From Promethearchaeota archaeon (GTDB taxonomy: Archaea > Asgardarchaeota > Lokiarchaeia > Sigyniarchaeales > SOKP01): a DNA stretch of 64,000 nt. The position numbers were made by a program, and so were the translations under genes. Position 1 is the stretch's first letter. Each line of letters starts with the position of its first letter. The notes below the pieces were generated by a model. It was not told the DNA's origin, searched no databases, and saw nothing but the letters and a program-made list of their open reading frames with translations. The stretch spans positions 1 to 64,000 of the forward strand of contig JAEOTR010000017.1 of NCBI GenBank assembly GCA_016839705.1, in the 5' to 3' direction. Shown here in pieces: positions 1 through 9,979 of this stretch.

Positions 1-2474
1 GTGCTATTTGAAAATTCATATTCTTTTCCTCCCAATGCCTCTGACTCCGCAGTTACACTTATCTCTACAACATCATCCTCTTGAAAAGTTGTCCCCTTTG
101 ATTGAATATCAACCCACACTATATCAGAATTACCATTTGTGACTGTATTAGAAACTGTACTATCACCCATAACAAAATCATATTCTTCCCCATTGATTTT
201 GACTTCTTTAATTAATAAATCCTTTGACCCCGTATTTTTAATGTTGAATACCGCATATCCTTTGTCAAATATTTCTGCATCCTGAATCATGAAATTAGAT
301 TCTAAAAGCGTATAATCTATTTTATACAATTTAACTAAACCAAGATTAGAGATGTATGTTGGTACAAATATATCAAAATCATATGCCCCATCATCGGGAA
401 TATAATCTTTCCACAGATTGCCTTCTTGTGTAGTATCGGTATTAATCCTATCAACATATGTTCTTCTGATATCATTTTGATCGACATTCTCTGGATTCGT
501 AGGTGTATTAAAAAACATCAATCTAACTAACTGACTCTGAAACCAGCTTGCACCCATTTTTCCGGTAGTGGGATCTTGATACTCATCCTCATTAAACACA
601 GTATTTTCTGCCCAATTGTCTTCTTCCATTCCTAAACGTTTGTAAGTCGCAGTATGATCATTGGGAATCCTTATCATCCAAGGCCACTTTCCCTCATCTC
701 CACCCAAACCTACAATCATTAAACCGAAATACACCAAAACATAGTCTGCACCTAACGCTCTAAATGCTTTTGCACTATACCTCTCATTGGTTTGCATTAG
801 AGCCATACCTGTCAAGCCTATTCTAGTATGGTTCAGTGTTGCGTTGTCGTTTACAGTCGTTACATTCCCAATAGGTGTAAGCCAATACCCGTAATCCCAC
901 CAAGACACTACAACGTCAGTGCCTTCTAAGTTAGATCTCATCCATGTTAAAGATTCCTCCCAATCATGAACAACTCCTGCAGGATTAATTTGAGTAAAAG
1001 AAAATTGTTCCACGGAAATATCTGTAGCATGAACGACTTGGGCAACTCCTAAAAAACCAACAATCATAAATAGAGCAAGAATTTCTGAATTCCCTACTGT
1101 TCCTTTTAATTGCCTTTTACGTTTTCTACTAACACCTTCTCTTGCTCCTAGAAAACTGCCAAAAATATTAAGTATACTTACTAATCCATAAGCTCCTATT
1201 AAAGAAACTGCAGGGGCAAAAATTAAGATTATACGGATCATACTCCCTGTAAAGTAAAACATTAATAGCACAAATGCAACTAGAAATATCTCTGGAGCAT
1301 TTAAAAGTTTGAAGCAGAAATAAATTCCAAGAGGGGCTAATATTAATGGAATTAATGAATTATAGTAGAAAACGCTCCACGGACTTGGCATTTGTTCAGC
1401 AACCGAAGCGACTAAACTTATATTTTCACGGAACAAAGGATTAAGTATAGTTTGAAATCGTGCACCAAAACCAAAAGGAATAATGTCTGGTGCAACCCAT
1501 AGAATAATTGCAAAGATTACTAATGCCGGAATAACACCCCATTTTATACCATTTATTAAGTTTTTATACAAATTGGGATGATCTTTTCTCTTTGATTGAA
1601 TTATATGAAATACTACTAAAATAATGGTAAATAGAAAAATCCCTCCCGTTTCTAAATCCGAAAATAGAGCATTAACATTAAAAGACGTATATAAAGAAAA
1701 TATTAATAAACCAGTTCCCTCAACCACAGCATAGGTGATTAATATATTTTGATTATATTTATCAATAAAAATTAGAATGACACAAAGAATTGGTATAATT
1801 AAATACACAAATTGGTATCCACCCCAACTTAGAGATAAATATCCTAATGAAAGGCCAGCTATAATAGCGTGAAGAAATTTACCCGTTCTCATAGCTTTTA
1901 AAAGAAAAAGGAATGTTAATAAAGATGCAAATACTCCAATTGTTTCATTATCAAAAAACCCTGCCATTGTACGTTGCATATAACCAGGATTAAAAGCTAA
2001 AAAAAATGCAGCTATCAATCCCGTACCACGATCATGAATTTCTTTCCCTAAATAATAGGTTAAAAGTACCGTAATACCACCCATAATTGCTGGGAAAAAA
2101 TAGCATATGTCATATAAGGTAATTTGCAGACCAAAAAAGTTAAACACCTGGTAAATGGAAACAACAGTAAAAGTAAGACCAGGACGTAATGTTCCACGAT
2201 AAAAACCAGTTGGATACCAACTCTTGAAATCATGCCAACTAAAATACTCGTAAATAGTATGTGTTGATAAATATTCTGAGTTATACCATTGAATCCAAGG
2301 ATCAAATGCTTTGATTAAACGTGGACCTCTAAAAATTGGGGTCATTCTAACTAATATGGCTAAAACAACAACAAGAAAAATGGCTATAAAAAATAGGACG
2401 TTACGTGTCTTTAAGCTTATAGACGTTCTAATACGATCACGGAAGTTTCTAAGTGAAGCAAGGATCTTTACCAT
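1..2474 (-). CDS. aglB: Oligosaccharyltransferase AglB/STT3 (runs off window start; >824 aa)
   Basis: Not in ORF track (no stop in window). Manual translation from ATG 2474: MVKILASLRNF...KAFDPW, GFFDNE, ASVAEQ, VVSWWDYGYW (~900), GGDEGKWPWMIRI (DK motif), many TM segments. Confidence 0.96.
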   Translation of the reverse strand, partial: MVKILASLRNFRDRIRTSISLKTRNVLFFIAIFLVVVLAILVRMTPIFRGPRLIKAFDPWIQWYNSEYLSTHTIYEYFSWHDFKSWYPTGFYRGTLRPGLTFTVVSIYQVFNFFGLQITLYDICYFFPAIMGGITVLLTYYLGKEIHDRGTGLIAAFFLAFNPGYMQRTMAGFFDNETIGVFASLLTFLFLLKAMRTGKFLHAIIAGLSLGYLSLSWGGYQFVYLIIPILCVILIFIDKYNQNILITYAVVEGTGLLIFSLYTSFNVNALFSDLETGGIFLFTIILVVFHIIQSKRKDHPNLYKNLINGIKWGVIPALVIFAIILWVAPDIIPFGFGARFQTILNPLFRENISLVASVAEQMPSPWSVFYYNSLIPLILAPLGIYFCFKLLNAPEIFLVAFVLLMFYFTGSMIRIILIFAPAVSLIGAYGLVSILNIFGSFLGAREGVSRKRKRQLKGTVGNSEILALFMIVGFLGVAQVVHATDISVEQFSFTQINPAGVVHDWEESLTWMRSNLEGTDVVVSWWDYGYWLTPIGNVTTVNDNATLNHTRIGLTGMALMQTNERYSAKAFRALGADYVLVYFGLMIVGLGGDEGKWPWMIRIPNDHTATYKRLGMEEDNWAENTVFNEDEYQDPTTGKMGASWFQSQLVRLMFFNTPTNPENVDQNDIRRTYVDRINTDTTQEGNLWKDYIPDDGAYDFDIFVPTYISNLGLVKLYKIDYTLLESNFMIQDAEIFDKGYAVFNIKNTGSKDLLIKEVKINGEEYDFVMGDSTVSNTVTNGNSDIVWVDIQSKGTTFQEDDVVEISVTAESEALGGKEYEFSNS

Positions 2475-2671
2475 GTCAGTTCATTTTAAATTTTAAAAAA
2501 TTGAATATTTATTAACCATAATTAAATTGTGAATATAAAAAATGTCCTTCGGATTAAAATGTTTTTTTTTAATTTGACATATTGTAAAATTCAAAATAGT
2601 ATAGATGAGATTTAATATTTTGCATTTTTAATATCCTAATATGAGGTATTAGATAAATAGATAAAATTAAA

Positions 2672-3526
2672 TTGGGAAGGATGGAAAAAAATAGATACCT
2701 TTTTAAGATGTATTATTTTGGGAAATCAAAATATTTCGGCTCTCAAAGACAACCCAATTTACTTACAATAGAAGATTGTGTTTTAGAAGCATTGATTAAC
2801 AAAAAATATATAAAAAATGTCAAAGATTCTGGATTTGAAGCATCAAGCAGAACAGATAGATTCGTCTCTGCTCGAGGTGCATGCTTCACATGTATTCTAA
2901 AAAAGAAACCAATTTTAATGGAGATAAATTCAGCTTTACCGTTTGAGATCGGAGTTTGGGCTTATGTAAAAGTACCACTAAATTTCTTATCAAGATACAA
3001 TGCAATCTCACGTCATTATATATACATGGTTCCAATTTCGCTTTCTACTTATCAAAAAACCAAACCCATAAACATTGAAGTAATGCAAAAAGCTTGTAAT
3101 AAATTAGTAGGAAAACATGACTTCATTAATTTCTCAAAAAGAGAAAAAAATGAAACAGTCACCGCGAGAGATATGGATCTTGTTGAATTATCAATAAATA
3201 ATGGGTATCTAATTTTTCAATTCAAGAGTAGAGCATTTCTAAGACAACAGGTTCGACGTATGGTTAAAAAGATCTTGGAACTCGGAATGGGTGAGATTCA
3301 ATACGAAGAATTTCTAAAATTATTGGATCCTACCCAACCTATATCCTATCAACCCGCAAACCCAAAAGGTCTAATTCTTTGGGATGTAAAATATGGTGAT
3401 GAAATACAAATAAAAGAAGATAAGAAGTCCAAAGAAAGAATGGAAAAATTTTTTGTAAACAATGAAATAATTTCAGGTTTTAAACAAGAGCTATTCAGAA
3501 TCCTGCAACATAATGATTTTAGCTAA
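2672..3526 (+). CDS. truA: tRNA pseudouridine(38-40) synthase TruA
   Basis: YFGSQRQPN, ASSRTDRFVSA catalytic motif, GKHDFINF, FLRQQVRRMV; start may be ATG 2681. Confidence 0.93.
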   Translation: MGRMEKNRYLFKMYYFGKSKYFGSQRQPNLLTIEDCVLEALINKKYIKNVKDSGFEASSRTDRFVSARGACFTCILKKKPILMEINSALPFEIGVWAYVKVPLNFLSRYNAISRHYIYMVPISLSTYQKTKPINIEVMQKACNKLVGKHDFINFSKREKNETVTARDMDLVELSINNGYLIFQFKSRAFLRQQVRRMVKKILELGMGEIQYEEFLKLLDPTQPISYQPANPKGLILWDVKYGDEIQIKEDKKSKERMEKFFVNNEIISGFKQELFRILQHNDFS

Positions 3527-4462
3527 AAGTGCTTGTAACTGAATATCTTCCGTTCCCCCTTGACTCAAGCGGTATTCAAATTCAGCTAAAAGTTTCGATA
3601 ATTCAATTTTTAATCCCTCAGCAACATCTAATTCATAAATTTCTCTATGAATATTTTTTATTATATTCTGACCAGAAAGACCATATTCTTTAATTAGATC
3701 ATTTAAAAGCTCAATAGATAATTGTAATTGACCCTTCAAAGCTGCGTTCAGTATCTTTTTTATATTTTCAGGTGGAACTTCTCCAGCTACTCTAAAAACA
3801 ACATCTTGATCAATATTTTTGGATATCGTTCCACAAGATTGTAGATAATTTATCGCTCTTCTACAATCTCCCCTAGATACATCTACTATAGCAAGTAAGC
3901 CTTCAGAAGTAAGTGAGATTCCCTCTTGATTTGCCACATAGTTTACTCTTTTTTTTATATCTTCATCACTTAAGGAGGAAAATCGAAATACAACACATCT
4001 AGATTGAATCGGGGGGATGATCCTGTTTGAATAGTTACATATTAAAATCATTCGGCAATTTTTGGTATATTTTTCCATAGTCCTCCTTAGAGCTTGTTGA
4101 GCAGGAGAAGTCATATTATCAGCTTCGTCTAATATTAAAATTTTAAAACGGATATCTGATGAGGGTTTTGCCTTAGCAAAATCCTTGATATAGGTCCTTA
4201 TGACATCTATTCCTCTGGCATCACTAGCATTCAGTTCTAAATATGCTCTATTTAAGATCATCTTCCGTCCATATAATTCTCGAACCATTGCCAGTGCTGA
4301 AGTTGTCTTTCCTGTACCAGCTGGACCCGCAAAAATGAGGTGTGGCATAGATTTATCCTTAATGAATTGTTTAAGACGCTTAATGATACCTACTTGATTT
4401 ACGATATCATCCAAAAGTTTTGGTCTGTATTTTTCAACGAAAGGTCTATTTTCAAGAGGCAT
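3491..4462 (-). CDS. rfcS: Replication factor C small subunit
   Basis: PFVEKYRP, GPAGTGKT, ELNASDARG, LDEAD, SRC motif. Confidence 0.97.
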   Translation of the reverse strand: MPLENRPFVEKYRPKLLDDIVNQVGIIKRLKQFIKDKSMPHLIFAGPAGTGKTTSALAMVRELYGRKMILNRAYLELNASDARGIDVIRTYIKDFAKAKPSSDIRFKILILDEADNMTSPAQQALRRTMEKYTKNCRMILICNYSNRIIPPIQSRCVVFRFSSLSDEDIKKRVNYVANQEGISLTSEGLLAIVDVSRGDCRRAINYLQSCGTISKNIDQDVVFRVAGEVPPENIKKILNAALKGQLQLSIELLNDLIKEYGLSGQNIIKNIHREIYELDVAEGLKIELSKLLAEFEYRLSQGGTEDIQLQALLAKIIMLQDSE

Positions 4463-4568
4463 TTTTTTTATTAGACGAATTTAAGTTTTAAGTGATTATA
4501 TTAAGAATTAAATTTTCTTAATTCTATATTAATATTCATATCTATAAAAAAAAACCTAACAGATATTT

Positions 4569-5873
4569 ATGACCGAATTTAAAATTACAAATATAAAATC
4601 ACGTTGGATATTAGATTCACGAGGAAATCCTACTGTAGAATCTGAAGTGTATGTGGGAAAAACTTATGCACGAGCAGCGGTTCCTTCTGGGGCATCTACA
4701 GGTGTTTTAGAGGCTCTAGAGTTACGTGATGGAGGGAGTGCTTTCAAAGGTAAGCATGTTACTAAAGCTGTTTCTAATGTAAATGACATATTAAGCAAAA
4801 AATTATTAGGCTTTGATGTACGAGAGCAAACAAAAATCGACGAAGAAATGATTAGGGTGGATGGAACTGATAATAAAAGTAATTTGGGTGCTAATGCCAT
4901 TTTATCTGTATCATTAGCAGTTTCTAAACTCGCAGCTGAAATATTAGAGATACCATTATTTACTCACATTCACAATCTAGCGTTCGATAAAAAACGCGAG
5001 GATTATCTCTTACCATTACCATCGTGTAACATTATCAATGGAGGAGAACATGCAGGAAATAATTTAGCAATCCAAGAATTTATGATTTTACCAATTGGTG
5101 CTCAATCCTTTTCGAATGCAATACAAAACGTAGCGGAAGTATATCAAACATTAAAAGTATTGTTAGCGAAGAAATATGGTCCGTCAGCGATTAATGTTGG
5201 AGATGAGGGAGGTTTCGCTCCGAATTTGTCTTTAACCTCCGAAGCTGTTGAAATAATAATTGAAGCAATTGAGGAAGCAGGATTTATAATGGGCACTGAT
5301 TTTGTTCTGGGAATGGACGCTGCTGCAAGTGAATTTTTTGAGAATGGGATTTATAACATAGATGGTAAAAAATTGAGTGAAGAAGAATTGTTGCAATACT
5401 ATCTTGACTTAGTTCAAGATTATCCATTTAAATCAATTGAAGACCCGTTTGATGAAAAAGATTTTAGAAGTTTTGCTAATTTAACTGCAAAAATTGATAA
5501 ATCAATGCAAATCGTGGATGATGATTTAACGGTAACTAACATAAAAATCCTGCAAAAAGCGATTAATGAAAAAGCGGGGAATGCTTTATTACTAAAAGTA
5601 AATCAAATCGGTTCTCTAACAGAAGCTATAAATGCATGTAAGATGTCTTTTGAAAATGGATTTAATGTAATGGTATCTCACCGTTCTGGGGAGACTGAAG
5701 ACCCATTCATCGCAGATTTAGCAGTGGGATTATGTACAGGGCAAATAAAAACTGGGGCTACCTGTCGATCTGATCGTTGCTCAAAATTTAATCAACTTCT
5801 TAGAATCGAGGAACAACTAGGGAGTCAAGCAATTTACCCTAAAAATTTAGATTCATGGAAAAAATTTCAATAA
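4569..5873 (+). CDS. eno: Enolase
   Basis: [38 protein letters not shown]. Confidence 0.98.
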   Translation: MTEFKITNIKSRWILDSRGNPTVESEVYVGKTYARAAVPSGASTGVLEALELRDGGSAFKGKHVTKAVSNVNDILSKKLLGFDVREQTKIDEEMIRVDGTDNKSNLGANAILSVSLAVSKLAAEILEIPLFTHIHNLAFDKKREDYLLPLPSCNIINGGEHAGNNLAIQEFMILPIGAQSFSNAIQNVAEVYQTLKVLLAKKYGPSAINVGDEGGFAPNLSLTSEAVEIIIEAIEEAGFIMGTDFVLGMDAAASEFFENGIYNIDGKKLSEEELLQYYLDLVQDYPFKSIEDPFDEKDFRSFANLTAKIDKSMQIVDDDLTVTNIKILQKAINEKAGNALLLKVNQIGSLTEAINACKMSFENGFNVMVSHRSGETEDPFIADLAVGLCTGQIKTGATCRSDRCSKFNQLLRIEEQLGSQAIYPKNLDSWKKFQ

Positions 5874-5899
5874 GCGATAAATAAATTTATTTTTCTTTT

Positions 5900-6547
5900 T
5901 TACTTTTTTTTTACAAACCTGAACACATTTACATCTATTTCTTTGGTTTTCTTAGTATGAAAATCAAACGACCTTTCGAGAATCATGTTATAAGGAAAAA
6001 AATTCTCAATATACCAATTGAATTTTTCACAAAATTTAGAGATAAAATTAAATACCTTTTCTCCTGCTAAATGAATGGAGTATATCACATCTGAAAATGT
6101 GAATGCTTTTTCTAAAAAAGTTCGATCCGCTTTTCTTTTTTTCACCCCAAAAGGAGGATTCATAATAGTAGTAATCCTTGTTGTGTTTATTAAGTGTTTC
6201 TTATTCAGCTCTAGATTTTTAACATTACTGCATAAGGGGAATATGATATTTTCCAACCCTAAGTCTGTTATATTGCGTTTCAAAGAAAGCAATGCATTAT
6301 TATCTATATCAACACTTAATATTGCATTCGCATTTAAGTAAGCACTTGCGATAGATAATCTACCTGTTCCCGATCCAAGATCAATAATAAATCTATTTGT
6401 TATATCATTATATTCAAAACCCGCAAAAAATATTATATCAACTGCACTTATCGCATCAATACAATATTGTTCCAATTCTACTTTAGGGTTAATAAATGCT
6501 TCAGTGTTTTGGATGATAGAGATTAATTCTTTCTTGTTAATTTTCAT
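5900..6547 (-). CDS. METTL5-family N6-adenine RNA methyltransferase
   Basis: PKVELEQY, DLGSGTG, NPPFG, YSIH, FHTKK. Confidence 0.9.
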   Translation of the reverse strand: MKINKKELISIIQNTEAFINPKVELEQYCIDAISAVDIIFFAGFEYNDITNRFIIDLGSGTGRLSIASAYLNANAILSVDIDNNALLSLKRNITDLGLENIIFPLCSNVKNLELNKKHLINTTRITTIMNPPFGVKKRKADRTFLEKAFTFSDVIYSIHLAGEKVFNFISKFCEKFNWYIENFFPYNMILERSFDFHTKKTKEIDVNVFRFVKKK

Positions 6548-6661
6548 CCGTAAAAAGGTCTACTCTTTTACAATTAATTCAATATATTTATTTATTTTAT
6601 TTAATTCTATTTACTTAAAATAGAAAGAAATTGGGAAATTAAAAGATTATTGTTGATATAA

Positions 6662-7261
6662 TTGGACAAAAAAACTCTAAATAATAATGAAATCGTTTTA
6701 ACTGGTCAATATCTTGGTGTAGTCGAGGAATTTCTACCCGATAAGCAATCAACTTTTGTGAAAGATGGGCAGATTTATGCAAGCAGATCAGGATTACTTA
6801 ATATTGATCATAAAAAACGAAAAATCGAAATCAAAACAAATCAAGAAGAAAATTGGAAAATTGTAAAAGTTGGGGATGTGGTAATTGGCGTAATTTTATT
6901 TTTACGACAATACTCTGTTGGTATAAATTTTTATACAATAAATCAAAAAGTTCATTTCAATTCAGGTTATTTTGGGAATATTCACGTGTCTCAAATTTCA
7001 GATAGATATGTTGAAAAAATACAAGAAGCTTTTCAAATTACAGATATAGTTAGAGCTCGTGTCATCAAACTCAATTATAATGAATTTGATCTAAGTACAA
7101 GTGAAAAAAATCTTGGAGTCATTTATGCGGATTGCGTAATTTGTGGGACTCCTCTCGTACAAATTGGGTATAATAAACTTCGTTGCGAGAGGTGTGGAAA
7201 CCAAGAAACCAGAAAATTAGCTACTGATTATAGAAAAGTTGATCAACCCTTAAGGTACTAA
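6662..7261 (+). CDS. csl4: Exosome RNA-binding subunit Csl4
   Basis: GQYLGVVEEF N-domain, S1 domain (IHVSQIS, DIVRARVI), Zn ribbon CxxC...CxxC ending ETRKLA. Confidence 0.93.
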   Translation: MDKKTLNNNEIVLTGQYLGVVEEFLPDKQSTFVKDGQIYASRSGLLNIDHKKRKIEIKTNQEENWKIVKVGDVVIGVILFLRQYSVGINFYTINQKVHFNSGYFGNIHVSQISDRYVEKIQEAFQITDIVRARVIKLNYNEFDLSTSEKNLGVIYADCVICGTPLVQIGYNKLRCERCGNQETRKLATDYRKVDQPLRY

Positions 7262-7318
7262 TTTTTTTATACTAAAAAGGTAATTAAATTAGGTATAATT
7301 AATAAAAGGGGTCTTCTG

Positions 7319-7537
7319 TTGAAAAAAATAGGGAAAAGAGTTATACATTTTTATAATAATAGCGGCTCATTAGATAATGCTGTTGCATTCCTAGAGAATA
7401 TCCAAAAAAAGATCAATTACCTTAATTTAAATGTAAGTATTGAGGGAAAAAATATAAAGATCACATTATTTGGTTCACGAGATCTTCAAAGCTTAGCAGT
7501 TGAAAGATTAAAGGATCTTGCAAATCAGTACTTATAA
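7319..7537 (+). CDS. Small hypothetical protein (possibly DUF2067-like) between csl4 and rpoL
   Basis: 72-aa co-directional ORF with purine-rich upstream sequence; position fits the csl4-X-rpoL neighbourhood. Confidence 0.6.
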   Translation: MKKIGKRVIHFYNNSGSLDNAVAFLENIQKKINYLNLNVSIEGKNIKITLFGSRDLQSLAVERLKDLANQYL

Positions 7538-7632
7538 AATAAACTTCTTGCGCACAAAACCATAAAAAATTTATTTCATTTTTAATATTTTTTATTAAGG
7601 TTATTAAATCCCATTGATGTGGAATTATTAAA

Positions 7633-8142
7633 ATGGCAAAGAAAAAACCAACTAAACCCGTAGTAGAAGATGAAGATGAATTGGATGAGATAGAAGATGA
7701 TCTTTTAGAAGAGGATGATCTTTTAAGTGATTTTCCCGAAGGAAGTGAAAAAGCTGAGAATGGCACCGTTTCTTCATCAATCGGGGAGAGTGATATTGAT
7801 TCTGAGGAAGAAGAGGAAATATATGAAATAGAGGAAGAACCCAGATATCCGGATTATAGACATCTGAGATTAAACTTGATTAAGGCGAGTGGTGACCATG
7901 ATTATGAATTAAGTATTGAAGGACAATCTCACGGTTTTTGCAATATTCTTGTTAAACATTTGTTACAAACCGAAGGAGTTACAGCTGCTGCGTATAAAGT
8001 AACTGGGATAGTTCCTCCTCAAATATTTATTCGTCTTGACGATAGTAAGAAAATTAAAATCAAAGATATTTTGTTAAAAGCCATTGAATCATTAAGAGAA
8101 GAAGTGCTTGGAGACCAAAAACTCTTCCAAAAACTTATGTAA
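7633..8142 (+). CDS. rpoL: RNA polymerase subunit Rpo11/RpoL with long acidic N-terminal extension
   Basis: C-terminal half IEGQSHGFCNILVKHL...GVTAAAYKV; downstream of csl4. Confidence 0.85.
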   Translation: MAKKKPTKPVVEDEDELDEIEDDLLEEDDLLSDFPEGSEKAENGTVSSSIGESDIDSEEEEEIYEIEEEPRYPDYRHLRLNLIKASGDHDYELSIEGQSHGFCNILVKHLLQTEGVTAAAYKVTGIVPPQIFIRLDDSKKIKIKDILLKAIESLREEVLGDQKLFQKLM

Positions 8143-8199
8143 TTTCTATTCCTTCTTTTATATGAAAACTTTATAAGAAGCATAATTCAACTGATCTTA

Positions 8200-8652
8200 A
8201 TGGACTATGAGTTTTTGATAAGAGATCTAAATATAAATAAATCTCAAAAAGCGATTGGAACAGATAAAGGTTTAGCGAAGATTGGTGATGGAATTGTAAA
8301 TCTCGCTTACTCTATTGCTAAATCGATTGTTTTAACCAGAAATAATATAAATAATAATGTTTCAAGAACAGGATTAAAAGTCAGTAAGAAAATTTTAGCT
8401 AATTCATTAAAAAATGCAAATATGAAAGATTTCGCAAAAACTCGAGCTGATGCTCACGACCTTGCCGATACAGTAGAAGCTTTAGTCGCATACGTATGGC
8501 TAAAAAATCAAATTTCTTTACACGATATAATAGAATTTTTATCTAGTAATCTAACAGGGAATTTAACAATTAGAAGTGAAGAGATAATAAATGCAACCGA
8601 AGCTTTCACTAAGTTACTTATTAAGATTAAACCATTATTATATCAAACTTAA
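8200..8652 (+). CDS. Archaeal ribonuclease III-like domain protein
   Basis: DKGLAKIGDGIVNLAYS and ADTVEALVAY RNase III-like signatures. Confidence 0.82.
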   Translation: MDYEFLIRDLNINKSQKAIGTDKGLAKIGDGIVNLAYSIAKSIVLTRNNINNNVSRTGLKVSKKILANSLKNANMKDFAKTRADAHDLADTVEALVAYVWLKNQISLHDIIEFLSSNLTGNLTIRSEEIINATEAFTKLLIKIKPLLYQT

Positions 8653-8657
8653 TAAAA

Positions 8658-9218
8658 ATGAAAGAAAATCCTATAGTAATTGGATTTGATGATGCGACTT
8701 TTAATTTGAAGTCTGGTTCTGAGACTACTAGCTTAATCGGAGTTGTCTGTCAAGGTGTTAGAATAGTTAATCTAATTAAAACAGAAATTAAAATTGACGG
8801 AAACGATGGAACGGATAAAATAATAGAATTAGTAAGACAAAATGAGAAGCATGTCCAATTTATATTCACACACACGATAACATTTGGTGGTTTCAATATC
8901 GTTGATTTGGAAAAAATTTTTGGTGAAGTAAATAAACCGATTATCGCTATTAATGAACGAAAAGTTGATCTTAATTCAGTAATAAATGCCTTAGAAAAAG
9001 CTTTCCCAAATAATTCTAAGGAAAAAATCCAAAATATCTTCCATGCAGGCAATCTTTACCAAACTAATATTCATACTGCTGGAGGTTTATCACCAATTTA
9101 CTTCCATAGAAAGGGAATTGAAGTTAAAGAAGTAGAGTTATTGCTACAAAAAGTTTGTATTGATTCTAAATTGCCTGAGTGCCTACGAATTGCACATTTA
9201 ATAGGGAGTTTGTTTTAA
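8658..9218 (+). CDS. DUF99 / endonuclease V-like (endonuclease dU) protein
   Basis: IGFDDA, DGNDGT, ITFGGFNIVD, LPECLRIAHLI. Confidence 0.9.
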   Translation: MKENPIVIGFDDATFNLKSGSETTSLIGVVCQGVRIVNLIKTEIKIDGNDGTDKIIELVRQNEKHVQFIFTHTITFGGFNIVDLEKIFGEVNKPIIAINERKVDLNSVINALEKAFPNNSKEKIQNIFHAGNLYQTNIHTAGGLSPIYFHRKGIEVKEVELLLQKVCIDSKLPECLRIAHLIGSLF

Positions 9219-9226
9219 GATCAGCT

Positions 9227-9703
9227 TTATTTTTTCAAATCAATCTCATACTCTAAAATGCGCCTAATCCTTCCACGTAAATCCATTCTTATCGCGGACA
9301 TTCCATACGTTGGTATCCCTAGCTTCTCCTGAACTTTCTCAGCACTAAGGGCTTCTGGAAGATCCTGTTTATTCGCAATTGCTATAATTTTTGAACTTAA
9401 ATAACGTGAAAACTTATTGTAGATTTCTTTAGTCTTTTCTATATTTTCTTCGGTTGAATCACAGACTAAAACAGTTAAACCTGCCCCCCTTAGAAAATCT
9501 TGCCACATGAATCTATAGCGTTCTTGACCACCAAAATCCCAGATACTTGTCTTCCTACCGTTGAGAGTAGAATCTTCTATTTCTAATCCAACAGTAGGAT
9601 CTGCTTCTTTTAAAATATCTCTCCCTTGAAGTAAAGACAACAATGAAGACTTACCTACACTACTCAACCCTAAAATACATATTTTTGATTTTGTCGTGAG
9701 AAC
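9227..9703 (-). CDS. Small Ras-superfamily GTPase (Arf/Rab-like); start codon non-canonical and uncertain
   Basis: Frame extends upstream of track start to give KICILGLSSVGKSS (G1), PTVG, WDFGGQERY, NKQD, SA; in-frame TGA at 9719-9721; GTT 9703 proposed. Confidence 0.88.
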   Translation of the reverse strand, partial: VLTTKSKICILGLSSVGKSSLLSLLQGRDILKEADPTVGLEIEDSTLNGRKTSIWDFGGQERYRFMWQDFLRGAGLTVLVCDSTEENIEKTKEIYNKFSRYLSSKIIAIANKQDLPEALSAEKVQEKLGIPTYGMSAIRMDLRGRIRRILEYEIDLKK

Positions 9704-9979
9704 CTTAAATCGACCTTTTCAAATAGAACCTTATTAAGTAGAAAAGACAATTAAAGCTTCAAAAATTCAAATATTATTTACATATCATGAGAATAACTTA
9801 TTAACTTATCAAGAAAAAGCAATTCTCGATTTGATTGGCTGGTAGAAAAAAAATAAATGAAAAAACCATCAAGATTTAATGAGGTGACCTTAAATTAGAT
9901 GAAAAGGGATATATTTTTAAAAAAATAATCAGTTTAAAATAAGGATAAAATAAAATTAGTCAAAAAAAATTGGTATTAT

